Shown: piece by piece, positions 27,419 to 37,000 of the stretch | How the letters are laid out: each line of letters starts with the position of its first letter | How positions within the stretch are numbered: the first letter of the stretch is position 1 | IMG/VR virus record: IMGVR_UViG_3300049737_000544 | Span: 1 to 50,764 of that record | Origin: a virus | Lineage: Duplodnaviria; Caudoviricetes | DNA: 50,764 nt | Reading direction: 5' to 3' (one strand) | Notes under the pieces: model-generated | Database searches by the model: none | Told to the model about the DNA's origin: nothing | What the model saw: the letters and a program-made list of their open reading frames with translations, nothing else | Position numbers and translations under genes: made by a program

Positions 27419-28084
27419 ATGAGTAAAAACAAAATATATGAAGCACTTCATAACGTGCAAAAGACAATACACAAAGAAGGTATTGGCAAGGATGGTCACA
27501 ACAGTTTTAACAATTATGACTACAGAACTATAGATGCAGTCATAGAATCTTTTTCTAAACCATTTAGAACTAACAAAATATTAACCGCAGTTCAGCCGCA
27601 ATTAGAAATAGTGACTAAACCTTTTGATGGTGGAGTAACTATGACAAAAATTACAGGCACTTTAAGATTTATATCTTGTGAAGATGGAAGCTATCAGGAT
27701 GTTATGTATGCAGGACAAGCAAAATCAAAACAAGGAAAAGATTTAGAAGCAGCAAAAAGTTTTGCTTATAAAACCGCACTTCTTACAACATTTTGTGTTC
27801 CTTTTTCTGAAGGAGAACCTGAAGAAGAATACAATGAAGTTGAGCAAAAAAAATCAATAACAAAAGATCAAACAAATGAATTTGTTCCTATAAAAAATTC
27901 GGGAGATTCTTTTTTAGCGGAAATGGAACAGGCAAATGAAAGCGAGTATGCAACTATTATACAAAACTATACCAAGGCAGCTAACCTGTCTAATGATAAA
28001 GAAACTTTAACAGTTATTTCAATTAAAGCAGAAGAATTAAAACAAGAATCTAAATTATTGGAGAATGCTGAATGTCAGAAATAG
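27419..28084 (+). CDS. ERF-family ssDNA annealing protein
   Basis: IGKDGHN.F.NYDYR.ID..DGS..K...AAKSFAYKTAL..FCVP. Confidence 0.8.
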   Translation: MSKNKIYEALHNVQKTIHKEGIGKDGHNSFNNYDYRTIDAVIESFSKPFRTNKILTAVQPQLEIVTKPFDGGVTMTKITGTLRFISCEDGSYQDVMYAGQAKSKQGKDLEAAKSFAYKTALLTTFCVPFSEGEPEEEYNEVEQKKSITKDQTNEFVPIKNSGDSFLAEMEQANESEYATIIQNYTKAANLSNDKETLTVISIKAEELKQESKLLENAECQK

Positions 28085-29031
28085 TACAAGGCTCAAAAGC
28101 GTGGCACGAACAAAGAACAAATAGAATCACAGGAACCAGAGTAGCAAGTGCAGCAAAAGAAAATATTTGGTTAAAAGGAGATCAGTGGGAAGCACTTGGT
28201 AGGGATATGTATAGAGAATGGAAAGACTTAGAGCAAGACCCTTTTGACCAAAGAGCACTTTACGCAATATCTATGGGTAAAGAAAACGAGCCCAAGGCTT
28301 TGAAAACTTTAGAAGGTCTTGGTTATCAAATAGTGCAGCCATCTTTTGTTGTACATCCTGAATATGACTGGATGGGAATGTCCCCAGATGGAGTTCTTGT
28401 AAAAGGAAGAAATGGAAAGACTTCAGCTGTAGAGGTTAAATGTCCTCAAACAAAACCATGTACAAACGTCAGAGAACAAAAAAGAAATTATTGGCATCAA
28501 ATGCAGCTTGGAATGGAGTGCATGGATATAGAAGAAATGTTATTTTTTCAATGGTATAGCGATACAGAATATCATCAAGAGTGGGTAGCAAGAGAAGAAA
28601 AGTGGGCTGAGACCTATATACCAAAAGCAAAAGAATTTATGAGCTGGTATAAAAAATCTTGTCAGGACCCAAACTATATTTCTGCATGGTCCACAGATAA
28701 AGATGGCACAGGAATACAATATAAAAAAGTAGACAACAACACAGAAACTGAAGAACTTGCAGAAATACAAGTTAGTCTTTCTGAACTAGCAATAAAAAAA
28801 GACTCTTTGGAAAAAAGAAAAAAAGAGTTAGCAAAAAAATTAGTTGCAGATAACAAGGGTTCTTTTGAATCGGTTACAAAAAATGGAAAAGTTAGGTGTC
28901 ACATGACCCAAGCAAAAGGCAGGGTTAATTATTCTAATCTTGTTAAAGAAGAAAATATTCCTTATGAAACTATTGAAAAATATAGACAAGAAGGAGACAC
29001 AAGAATTTATACAAAACTAATAGAGGAGTAA
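28072..29031 (+). CDS. YqaJ/lambda-type exonuclease
   Basis: QGS.AW..R...ITG, G...E, SPDG, VEVKCP, YWHQMQ. Confidence 0.9.
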   Translation: MSEIVQGSKAWHEQRTNRITGTRVASAAKENIWLKGDQWEALGRDMYREWKDLEQDPFDQRALYAISMGKENEPKALKTLEGLGYQIVQPSFVVHPEYDWMGMSPDGVLVKGRNGKTSAVEVKCPQTKPCTNVREQKRNYWHQMQLGMECMDIEEMLFFQWYSDTEYHQEWVAREEKWAETYIPKAKEFMSWYKKSCQDPNYISAWSTDKDGTGIQYKKVDNNTETEELAEIQVSLSELAIKKDSLEKRKKELAKKLVADNKGSFESVTKNGKVRCHMTQAKGRVNYSNLVKEENIPYETIEKYRQEGDTRIYTKLIEE

Positions 29032-29032
29032 T

Positions 29033-29239
29033 ATGAATGATAATAAAGAGCCCCAAAAAGGCAAAAACAAGGTTGTACTTTCTAGGATTTCTGAATCTGA
29101 GTACGATATTTTAATGGGTCTTATTGACGATAGGGACCATGAATTTTATGCAAGAAGCATTTCTTCTTGTCTTAAAGCAATTATTGGAAGATATGTGCAT
29201 GATGAGACAAGAAAAGAACCAGTTCAAAAAAACTTTTAG
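29033..29239 (+). CDS. small possible DNA-binding protein
   Basis: GAGGAG RBS; strand-helix-helix-like pattern. Confidence 0.55.
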   Translation: MNDNKEPQKGKNKVVLSRISESEYDILMGLIDDRDHEFYARSISSCLKAIIGRYVHDETRKEPVQKNF

Positions 29240-29254
29240 CCATAGGAGGTAATA

Positions 29255-29605
29255 ATGACTAAAGAATTTGATAACACAAATAGAGGGTCTGTATGGGGTA
29301 ATACAGAGAAAAAAAACGAAAACTCGGCTACACATCAAGGTCAAGCAAATATAACTGTCTCAACGCAGAATTTGCCTAGTGACCCCAAGGGATATAACAC
29401 TGTAGACAATATAGAAAAATATCTTGTTAGAGATGGTGGAGGAGAAATCACTGGAATAAAAATTGATCTTTTTGTAAATGCTTGGACCAGAAAACAAGGT
29501 TCGAGTGAAAAAGCCCCTGCTATGAGTTTTTCTTTTAGCCCTAAAAAAGAAATGAAAAAAGAAGAGGCACAAAAAGAATCATTTCAAGATGATATTCCAT
29601 TTTAA
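29255..29605 (+). CDS. ssDNA-binding protein-like
   Basis: FDNTNRG N-terminus; C-terminal DDIPF tail. Confidence 0.75.
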   Translation: MTKEFDNTNRGSVWGNTEKKNENSATHQGQANITVSTQNLPSDPKGYNTVDNIEKYLVRDGGGEITGIKIDLFVNAWTRKQGSSEKAPAMSFSFSPKKEMKKEEAQKESFQDDIPF

Positions 29606-29661
29606 TTCTGTTTATTACAAAAGATATACAAATAACAGTTTTTGAAGTAGAATTCTCTTAG

Positions 29662-30141
29662 ATGGAGACTAACTCAGAAAGGAGTTTGGCAAATTCAGCT
29701 AGACTCTCATCAATTCAGGGAGAAGCTAGTTTATCTGGCTCACCCTGCAGAGGAGTATGCACTACGACTTATGGAGACTTAAGATGTGGAAGCTGCGGAA
29801 GAGAGCAAGAAGATATTACAAATTGGAACTCCTATCCTGATCTCAAAAGAAAACTAATTAATTTAAAAAATGCTGGTCAAGGCTATAAAATTAGGCAACT
29901 TGAATCACAAGAAAAAAGGTGGAAAAAGTTTTCTAAAATATCTAATATAGACGAACTACAAGTGAAAGATATGTTGCAAGTAATTGTTAATGCAGCCACT
30001 TTCCAATCTGAGGTCAATGCTTCTGATCTAAGGTGTATTGAAATAGCAAAAAAAATAATTGATTCAGATCATAGATTTAACGAAGTTTCTGTTAAATCTT
30101 TATTGTCCGAAGATGCCCTCAAGGAACTTCAAAAAAAATAA
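29662..30141 (+). CDS. DUF1289-like Cys-cluster protein
   Basis: SPCRGVC..CGSCGR..EDITNW. Confidence 0.7.
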   Translation: METNSERSLANSARLSSIQGEASLSGSPCRGVCTTTYGDLRCGSCGREQEDITNWNSYPDLKRKLINLKNAGQGYKIRQLESQEKRWKKFSKISNIDELQVKDMLQVIVNAATFQSEVNASDLRCIEIAKKIIDSDHRFNEVSVKSLLSEDALKELQKK

Positions 30142-30574
30142 TCAAGAAGCATTTCTTGATGATTTAGTTATTGGCAAAAATATAGAGAAAAAAGTTTTAA
30201 TCTCTATACAAAAAAAATATCCATCAGCAGTCCTTATTCCTAGAAAATTTTCTAAGTATGATATTTTTGTACCTGAAGTTGAAAAAAAAATAGAAGTTAA
30301 ATTTGACCACAAAAGTCAAGAAACAGGAAACATCTTAATAGAACTTTTTATGTTTAATAAACCATCGGCTTTGTTAGTCACGGAGGCTGATTATTGGGTT
30401 ATCGATACAGGTAAAGAAATTTTCTGGACCACTCCAAAAAAAATACTTGAGTGCATATTAATTAATAATATTAGATCGCAAGAAATAATAGGCGATGGTG
30501 ATACAGAAATTAAAATAGCTTGTTTAATACCTAAAAAAATATTTGAAAAATACACAGTAAACACATTTCAATAA
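30113..30574 (+). CDS. PD-(D/E)XK nuclease-like protein
   Basis: G...E, YDI, IEVKFD, TGNILIE, TEADYW. Confidence 0.7.
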   Translation: MPSRNFKKNNQEAFLDDLVIGKNIEKKVLISIQKKYPSAVLIPRKFSKYDIFVPEVEKKIEVKFDHKSQETGNILIELFMFNKPSALLVTEADYWVIDTGKEIFWTTPKKILECILINNIRSQEIIGDGDTEIKIACLIPKKIFEKYTVNTFQ

Positions 30575-30605
30575 AAAGATTTCACACAATTGTCACATAA
30601 CTCAC

Positions 30606-30634
30606 TTGTAATTTATGTAATCAGCTGATACACT
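30606..30634 (+). promoter_or_regulatory. sigma70-type promoter, extended -10
   Basis: TTGTAA, 17 bp, TGn-TACACT. Confidence 0.7.
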
Positions 30635-30666
30635 TAGACTTTAACTAATCATATAAGGAGAAAATT

Positions 30667-30942
30667 ATGAAAACTAAAAAAGACGAACTTATTTTTAACA
30701 AAGACCTTAGCTCAATACATTGGTCTGAATTATCTGATCTAAAAGATATGACAACAATGCAAATGGTGCAGTTTGCATTTGATGAATCTATCTGGGGTTC
30801 TGATTTTGAAATTTCTAAAGAACAAGCTGTAAAAATTAAAAGCTTGTTTATTACAAATTATTTTAGACTAGAGTCTAAAAGAAACGAAGACATAGGCAAG
30901 GACTTTGCAAAGCAGGAAATAAAAGCTCAGAGGATAATTTGA
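30667..30942 (+). CDS. hypothetical protein
   Basis: AAGGAG RBS. Confidence 0.7.
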   Translation: MKTKKDELIFNKDLSSIHWSELSDLKDMTTMQMVQFAFDESIWGSDFEISKEQAVKIKSLFITNYFRLESKRNEDIGKDFAKQEIKAQRII

Positions 30943-31253
30943 AAACAAATATATCAATTGAGTTAAGTGATGATGAAAGAGAACATCTAGATAATATTTA
31001 TCACAATAACAAAACTAAAAAATTAATTTCTAGAAAAGACCTTAATAATTTAATTGATCTTTTAATTAAAGAGTTGTTAAGTGAGGACATAGGCTCCTAT
31101 AAAGAAATAACTACAAATATAGCAGAAGAAGGCTATCGCTTTTATTTTAATGATGTCAGGGTAAGCCCTGAAGAATATTCAAAAGGAATTGAAGAATGGT
31201 TGAAAAAAGATAAAGCAGAAAAAAATTCTTTTAGAAAGAGAAGAGCTAGATAA
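30939..31253 (+). CDS. hypothetical protein
   Basis: TTG start overlapping upstream stop; GAGGA RBS. Confidence 0.65.
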   Translation: MKTNISIELSDDEREHLDNIYHNNKTKKLISRKDLNNLIDLLIKELLSEDIGSYKEITTNIAEEGYRFYFNDVRVSPEEYSKGIEEWLKKDKAEKNSFRKRRAR

Positions 31254-31254
31254 G

Positions 31255-32049
31255 ATGTCTAATTTTGTCCTTTGTTATCCTTTGCTAGAAAATAAAAAAG
31301 AAAGCTTTCCTTATGAATGTGAGTGGTGTGGAGATAACTTTGGTGGTCATAAACGTAAATATTGTACACCTAAGTGTCGTGAAGAAGAAAAGCGATATGA
31401 TGCTTATAAAGAAAAACAGGAAAGGTTCAAGAAAAGAGAAATAAAAAAAGTAGAACGAGAAAAAGAAAAACAAAAAAAGCGTATTGCTAAATTAGATAAA
31501 GAATTAGCTAAACTACGTCAAGAAAATAAAAAATATAAATGTGTGGTTTGTGATAATGAACTTACGGGCAATCAAACATTATATTGTAGTACTCAATGTA
31601 ACAACTTAGCTAGGTTAGATGATCGTAAAAGACCTACTCCCGCAGAAAGTATTTTTTCTGAAACGGGTAAATGGCACGAAGGGCATTATGGTAAGTGCAA
31701 TGTAAATATTGTTGAGTCAAAAAACTGTTTAGAAGTAATAGATTTAGCACCCTATACTTATGAAAGCGATTATTATATTGAGAAGTGTATTATGGAAGAG
31801 TTACCACAAGCTAAATATAGTGACGGCACTATACACATACCCCACAAATATAAATCTGTTGAATATTATTACGGGAATAATTTTGTCAAAGCTATTGGAG
31901 CAGAAAAGAAAAAAGTAGAAATAAAAAAAATAATAAATGTACTCAAAAAAAGAATTAAAGATTTAGACGGAAAGAGTCTCTCTCCATGCTGCTATCCTTC
32001 TGGCGGCATATCTAGGCAAATGTGTGTGACACCTGAGACTCAAGGGTAG
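31255..32049 (+). CDS. protein with two CxxC...YCxxxC Zn fingers
   Basis: CEWC..YCTPKC; CVVC..YCSTQC. Confidence 0.7.
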   Translation: MSNFVLCYPLLENKKESFPYECEWCGDNFGGHKRKYCTPKCREEEKRYDAYKEKQERFKKREIKKVEREKEKQKKRIAKLDKELAKLRQENKKYKCVVCDNELTGNQTLYCSTQCNNLARLDDRKRPTPAESIFSETGKWHEGHYGKCNVNIVESKNCLEVIDLAPYTYESDYYIEKCIMEELPQAKYSDGTIHIPHKYKSVEYYYGNNFVKAIGAEKKKVEIKKIINVLKKRIKDLDGKSLSPCCYPSGGISRQMCVTPETQG

Positions 32050-32090
32050 TTAATATTCCCTCATAGAAAGGTTAATTTGCCACAGAAGGA
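31974..32090 (+). ncRNA. candidate structured RNA with alternative pairings (c4/CI-like architecture; strand uncertain)
   Basis: GAGTCTC/GAGACTC closing stem, two internal hairpins, loops complementary to 32075-32090. Confidence 0.5.
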
Positions 32091-32105
32091 ACAATAAACA
32101 TTTAT

Positions 32106-32134
32106 TTGTATCTGTTGTAATTTTATGATACTCT
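32106..32134 (+). promoter_or_regulatory. sigma70-type promoter, extended -10
   Basis: TTGTAT, 17 bp, TGn-TACTCT. Confidence 0.65.
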
Positions 32135-32164
32135 TAATTTACAAAAAACAAAAAAGGAGAAAAA

Positions 32165-32428
32165 ATGAATGATGAAGTAAAACAAAAACCTTTATTAACT
32201 TTAAACAACAAAGATTATTTTGAAGCTGATTTTAATGAAGAGTCAATAAATTTATTAAATATGACTAAATTTGTTGTAACACAAATTAACGACTTAAATA
32301 ATAAATTGGTTGTGGCACAAGATCATAAACAAAAATTAATTGCTGATCTTGGTCAAGCTCTTAATGGCGGCAGTGAAGAAACTACTATTATTGAAACAGA
32401 AACTAAAGAGGAAAAAAATGGAATATAG
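32165..32428 (+). CDS. coiled-coil hypothetical protein
   Basis: AAGGAG RBS. Confidence 0.7.
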   Translation: MNDEVKQKPLLTLNNKDYFEADFNEESINLLNMTKFVVTQINDLNNKLVVAQDHKQKLIADLGQALNGGSEETTIIETETKEEKNGI

Positions 32429-32675
32429 TGGTTTTAAAATACATATTGAGTTATCAAATGGAATTAAACAAATAGCTTGGGAACAAACAAAAGAGGGGGA
32501 TATTTCAACAAACAAAGAAATGGACCTTTATGTTAAGGAATTAAAATTAGCAGGGCACAAAGTAGTCTCTGCAAAAAGACAAGTGTTTGGTGGCAAAGGT
32601 CTTTTTTACAATATTGCACAAAATGAAGAAAATTTTGTAGGCAGAGTGTTAAAAAATCCTATAGAAAAAATATAA
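32418..32675 (+). CDS. hypothetical protein
   Basis: start moved to ATG 32418 (GAGG RBS). Confidence 0.65.
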   Translation: MEYSGFKIHIELSNGIKQIAWEQTKEGDISTNKEMDLYVKELKLAGHKVVSAKRQVFGGKGLFYNIAQNEENFVGRVLKNPIEKI

Positions 32676-32678
32676 ACA

Positions 32679-32870
32679 ATGGAATTATTTATTTTTGAAA
32701 AAGGAGAATTTAAAGATGTTAAATATATTTGTGATGAATGTTCAGAACAAGTTACAGAAAAACAAGGTCTTTGGGCTGCAAGGGGAAATTTTATTTGCAT
32801 TGATTGCTTTAAGCATTTGCAAAAAGAAGAAAGAAAAGTTATTAAAATGGAGAATATAAATGAAAACTAA
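32679..32870 (+). CDS. small Zn-finger protein
   Basis: CDEC..FICIDC. Confidence 0.6.
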   Translation: MELFIFEKGEFKDVKYICDECSEQVTEKQGLWAARGNFICIDCFKHLQKEERKVIKMENINEN

Positions 32871-32982
32871 ATCTTGTGAAGCAGGTAAATTATCAGAAAA
32901 AACCATTAATAATATAAGAAAAAATTTTCAGAAAGAAAATTTAGAAAACAGACTTAAAAGAGTAAAACAAAACAATGCCTAA
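32860..32982 (+). CDS. small hypothetical protein (40 aa)
   Basis: GGAG RBS; MKTKSCEAGKLSEK... Confidence 0.5.
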   Translation: MKTKSCEAGKLSEKTINNIRKNFQKENLENRLKRVKQNNA

Positions 32983-33205
32983 AACTTACATTCATGTTAA
33001 TCAACACAAAATAAGGTCAAATAAAAAAAACAATTTGAACGAACCAGTCATTACAATTAAAAAAGGCAAAGATAATACTTACTGTCACGAAGTAAAAATT
33101 AAAGGTGAAAGTCTTGTAAAATATGGCGGCAATGAAAAAGCATTATTATCTTGCGGAGCAAGAGTAGTTATAGAAACAGAAGGAGAAATACAAATAATAA
33201 AATGA
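32975..33205 (+). CDS. conserved phage hypothetical protein
   Basis: IHVNQHKIR..PVITIK..LSCGARVVIET. Confidence 0.7.
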   Translation: MPKTYIHVNQHKIRSNKKNNLNEPVITIKKGKDNTYCHEVKIKGESLVKYGGNEKALLSCGARVVIETEGEIQIIK

Positions 33206-34002
33206 ATACTTGGAGAGAAGCAATAAAAGAATATTACAGATTTAGGAATATCGGCAAAAATGATTTTACTTACAGAAAATATTTTGACCCGTTATTAGAA
33301 AACAAAAAATTAAATAGTTTAAGCAAATCAGATATAGCTGAAATAAGATCAGGTATAAAAGGAAAAGCTGGAACTGTTAATAGGTATCTTAGTTTCTTCA
33401 GAGCAATATTAACTTTTGCTTATGAGGAGTTGGGGTGGTTAGACAATAAACCTCTTGTTAAAGGTGTGAAAGATAGTCCCCGAAACACACTTTACTTTTC
33501 GCAAGAGGATGTCAAAAGGCTATATGTTCTTCTCCCTGAACATTTAAAAAAGCCTTTTATTTTCTCCCTGCTGACAGGTGTCAGAATGTCTAACTGCCTC
33601 AATCTTAAATGGGAGCAAATTAAAAAAAATCAAATCGCTATTGAAGCCACAGAAACCAAAAATGGAAAAGTTTTATGTGTGCCTTTAAATGAAAAATGTA
33701 AGGAACTTATAAGTACAATTGAAAGAAAAGGACCCTATGTGTTTACTTATGCTGGTAGAAAAATAAGCAGGGCATCTAACACTGGCTGGTATGCTGCATT
33801 AAAAAAAGCAGGTTTAGAAGGTTATAGGTGGCATGACTTAAGACACACTTGGGCTTCACATCATGTTCAAAATGGAACTCCTTTACATACTTTGCAGGTT
33901 TTAGGAGGTTGGTCTGATTTTAATATAGTTACTAGATACGCACATTTATCAAATGATTATTTGAATGACGCTTGTGAGGTGTCAAATAGTCTGGTATCTT
34001 AA
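33202..34002 (+). CDS. tyrosine recombinase/integrase (no arm-binding domain)
   Basis: LLTGVR, TKNG, WHDLRHTWAS, LGGW, RYAHL; start moved to ATG 33202. Confidence 0.92.
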   Translation: MNTWREAIKEYYRFRNIGKNDFTYRKYFDPLLENKKLNSLSKSDIAEIRSGIKGKAGTVNRYLSFFRAILTFAYEELGWLDNKPLVKGVKDSPRNTLYFSQEDVKRLYVLLPEHLKKPFIFSLLTGVRMSNCLNLKWEQIKKNQIAIEATETKNGKVLCVPLNEKCKELISTIERKGPYVFTYAGRKISRASNTGWYAALKKAGLEGYRWHDLRHTWASHHVQNGTPLHTLQVLGGWSDFNIVTRYAHLSNDYLNDACEVSNSLVS

Positions 34003-34015
34003 TTTTAGACCTTCG

Positions 34016-34081
34016 AGCAGGACAGGAACTTTATTCATATTTTCTCCCCTTTTTAAGGTTATGTTTATTAACTGTCCTGCT
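34016..34081 (+). ncRNA. 10-bp stem with large loop antisense to early-gene start sites (candidate sRNA)
   Basis: AGCAGGACAG/CTGTCCTGCT; loop contains TTCATATTTTCTCC. Confidence 0.45.
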
Positions 34082-34082
34082 T

Positions 34083-37000
34083 TCAATTTTCCTTTAATTC
34101 TTCTTCTACATCTTTTTTGGCTTCGTTAAATTCTTGATTGAAATTCTTTTTGACCACTAAAATATCTAATTGAATTTCTTTTTTCTCAGCTTCTAATTCC
34201 ATTTTTTCTTCAAAAGTTTCTGCTACTTGATATTCTAAATTTAATTCTCTTAATTGTTTATTTAACTCTTTAATTTCTTTTGTAGCTGTTTTATATGGTG
34301 TATCAATATCAGACAAACTCTCTCTTGTTTCTTTGTCGCCAACTACACCTAAAGCATCTAGACCCGTGCCTATTCTTTCTTCAAATTCTTCTTCAGTCTC
34401 TGACATTTTTTCTTCATCTAAATCTGTATCAGCAAATTGATTTGATGCTCCTTCAAATTTGAGAAATTCTTGAACATTTCTTTCATAGATTTCACTATCA
34501 ACATAGTCTCTTGGTCCAGCAATAATTCTTCTTAAGCCTAAAATATCAGTTGGAGGTAAAGGGGAGCCTGTAACTAATGCTTCTCCTGCTTGGTAAAATC
34601 TAAAAGAAGTTCTTCCCAGTCCCCCAGTTGCTTCTCCCAAGAAAAATTGCAAAGTTCTAGGGTCTATATCAACGGCTCCTTCATAAAACTGATTACCGCC
34701 AGTTAGATTATTTATAGTTTTAGTAAGTCCTTTTGTAAAGCCTAAAGCTCTTCGAGACTCATTATAGCTTCTTGGCATTGTGTCACCTATTAAGTCTCTA
34801 ACAGATTCAGAAGTTTTAATAGGAGAGCCAAAATGGTCTTTATTTTGCATCCAATTTACAACAGGTTTAGTAACGGAAGGAGCAACAGCTAATGTAAGGG
34901 TTTCACCCAAGTTATCTCTATCTCCAAAACTTAATGGAGCATAATTGTGAAGCAGAGATTCTCCTAGATCAGCTGCTGCTTGTTGAAGAGAAACATTGTA
35001 ATTATCAATATTTTTGCTCAAGGCATATTCTGTTGTTATCCTGCCAATATCGTGAAATAAAGCATAGCCATAAGGTTTTGGTATTCCTAATCCTATAGGT
35101 AATTTTCTTTCACCATCATCTGAAATTACATAATATTTAGAACCTGTACCCCATTTATCAACTGTTATTTTTCCTTTAGATAAATCTATATCTGGGTACA
35201 TAAAAATAAATTTTGTTTGTTTTTCCCAATCAGGAATTTTTTTATACCAATTAACACCATCTTCTTCATCTTCTGCAGCATAAAGAATATTCCACATAGT
35301 TTGTAAAGAGCCAAGAGCTCCTAATGCTGCTACCGCTTTTACTTTTCTAGATGATTTTTCTTTACCTATTAATCCTCTTGCAACATTAACAGAGCCTTGA
35401 ATTGAAGCATTAAAGAACATATACATTGCATTCGCAGTTGGTCCCATAGTTCCCATTCTGTTAAAGTTTATAGTTAAATTTTTAGCTAAGGTAGCTGCCT
35501 TTTCAAAATCTTTTGGAGTGGCAACATCTATGCCGCCTATCATTTCTATATATCCTTCAAAAGCTGTAAATCTTGCAGCGTTTTCTACACCTGAATTAAA
35601 TCTTTCTACTATTGCTAATGAATCTCTTAAAACTTTTTTTGGAGCAGCTTTTATAGAGCCTGAATAAATATCTCTGAGAGTTTGAAATTCTTGAGTCATT
35701 TGTTCTATGTTTTTTTGATCTATATATCCCGTTTCTCCTCCATATTTTTTAAACTGCAACATTTTTGCATTTTTTAAAACAAGTTCTGGTGAAAGGTTGT
35801 ATTTTTCTCCAAGTTTTTTTATTAACTGTATATTAATTTCTGCACCGCTTCGTTGTAACTCAGCCATTTCTTCTTTCATTCCTTTATTAGCAAGTGTTTT
35901 GTTTTTTTCAAATTTAATGAGTAGCTTAGAATTATTTAAAATATTTAAAGAGGTAAAATATTTTTTAGAAATTTCTAAACCTTGTGCTCTACCGCTAGTA
36001 ATTTCTTCTTCAGCTAATAAATTAAAATAAGCTGTTTGCACATCTCTAATAAAATTATTAATCATAAATGCAGGGTCTAAAGATGTGTTTACCATTGATA
36101 AATATCTAGTGGCATATCTAAAGGTTTTCATAAAGTTGCCAGTTATTGTGTTATCAAAATCATCAAAACCTTGAGCTAATCTTTTATCGTACAATTCAAC
36201 ATACTTTTGAACCCCATCTTCTTTAAAACCTACTCTACTTTTACCTTTCGCATCATCCCAAGTAGCATCAACACTTTCTAGTTGCCCTGCATCTTCTATA
36301 ACTAGCCAGAATTGATCGTTTGGAAAAGCCCTTGAAAGGTCAGCCATACTTTTTACTATTACATTTTTTTCACTTTGTATTAGTGCAGATACTGTGTCTA
36401 TAACTGACTGTTGTAAAGGAGAGTCTGCTAAAGATTCTCTTCCTTTTGCTTTTTTAACTATTTGTCCAGAGACAGTCATTTGTGACTTTATAAGATTATT
36501 AGATGTGCCTGATCTTTTTATTTCTCTGCCCGTTTTAGGGTCTATCAAAGTATCTTCTGCAAAACCTTTTAAAGGTACATAATAATTGTACCTTTGATTC
36601 CAATCAGAAATTTTGTCTTGAGTAATAAGACCAGAGTCCGTATATGTTTTTCTCATATATTCGATCATGGGTTTATGAAAGCTTTCATAAGCATTCAAGT
36701 AGGCTTTACCTTTTGCGGTAACACCTGTAGCTACTCCATTTCTATACTCTACTCCATATTTTTCTAAATTTTTAACAGCTTGTTCTGTTGTAATTCCAGA
36801 ACCACTTTCGGCTTTTTTTAATTTATTTTGTAATGTTGTTAATTTTCTTTTTGCATTTATAACATCTTGCTTTGAACCTTTTCCTTCAGCTTCAAGGGTA
36901 AGTAAATCTGCTTCGGCTTCAGCTATGCTTTCTGTAAACTTAGTTGGTAGATATGCGTTTCTTTCAGGTGCGTGTAAGCTATAAACAAAATGGTTGTATT

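Noticed and set aside
31974-32041. tRNA or HDV-like/twister ribozyme
   Set aside because: 7-bp closing stem but no D/T-loop consensus or anticodon arm; helix order does not fit those ribozymes
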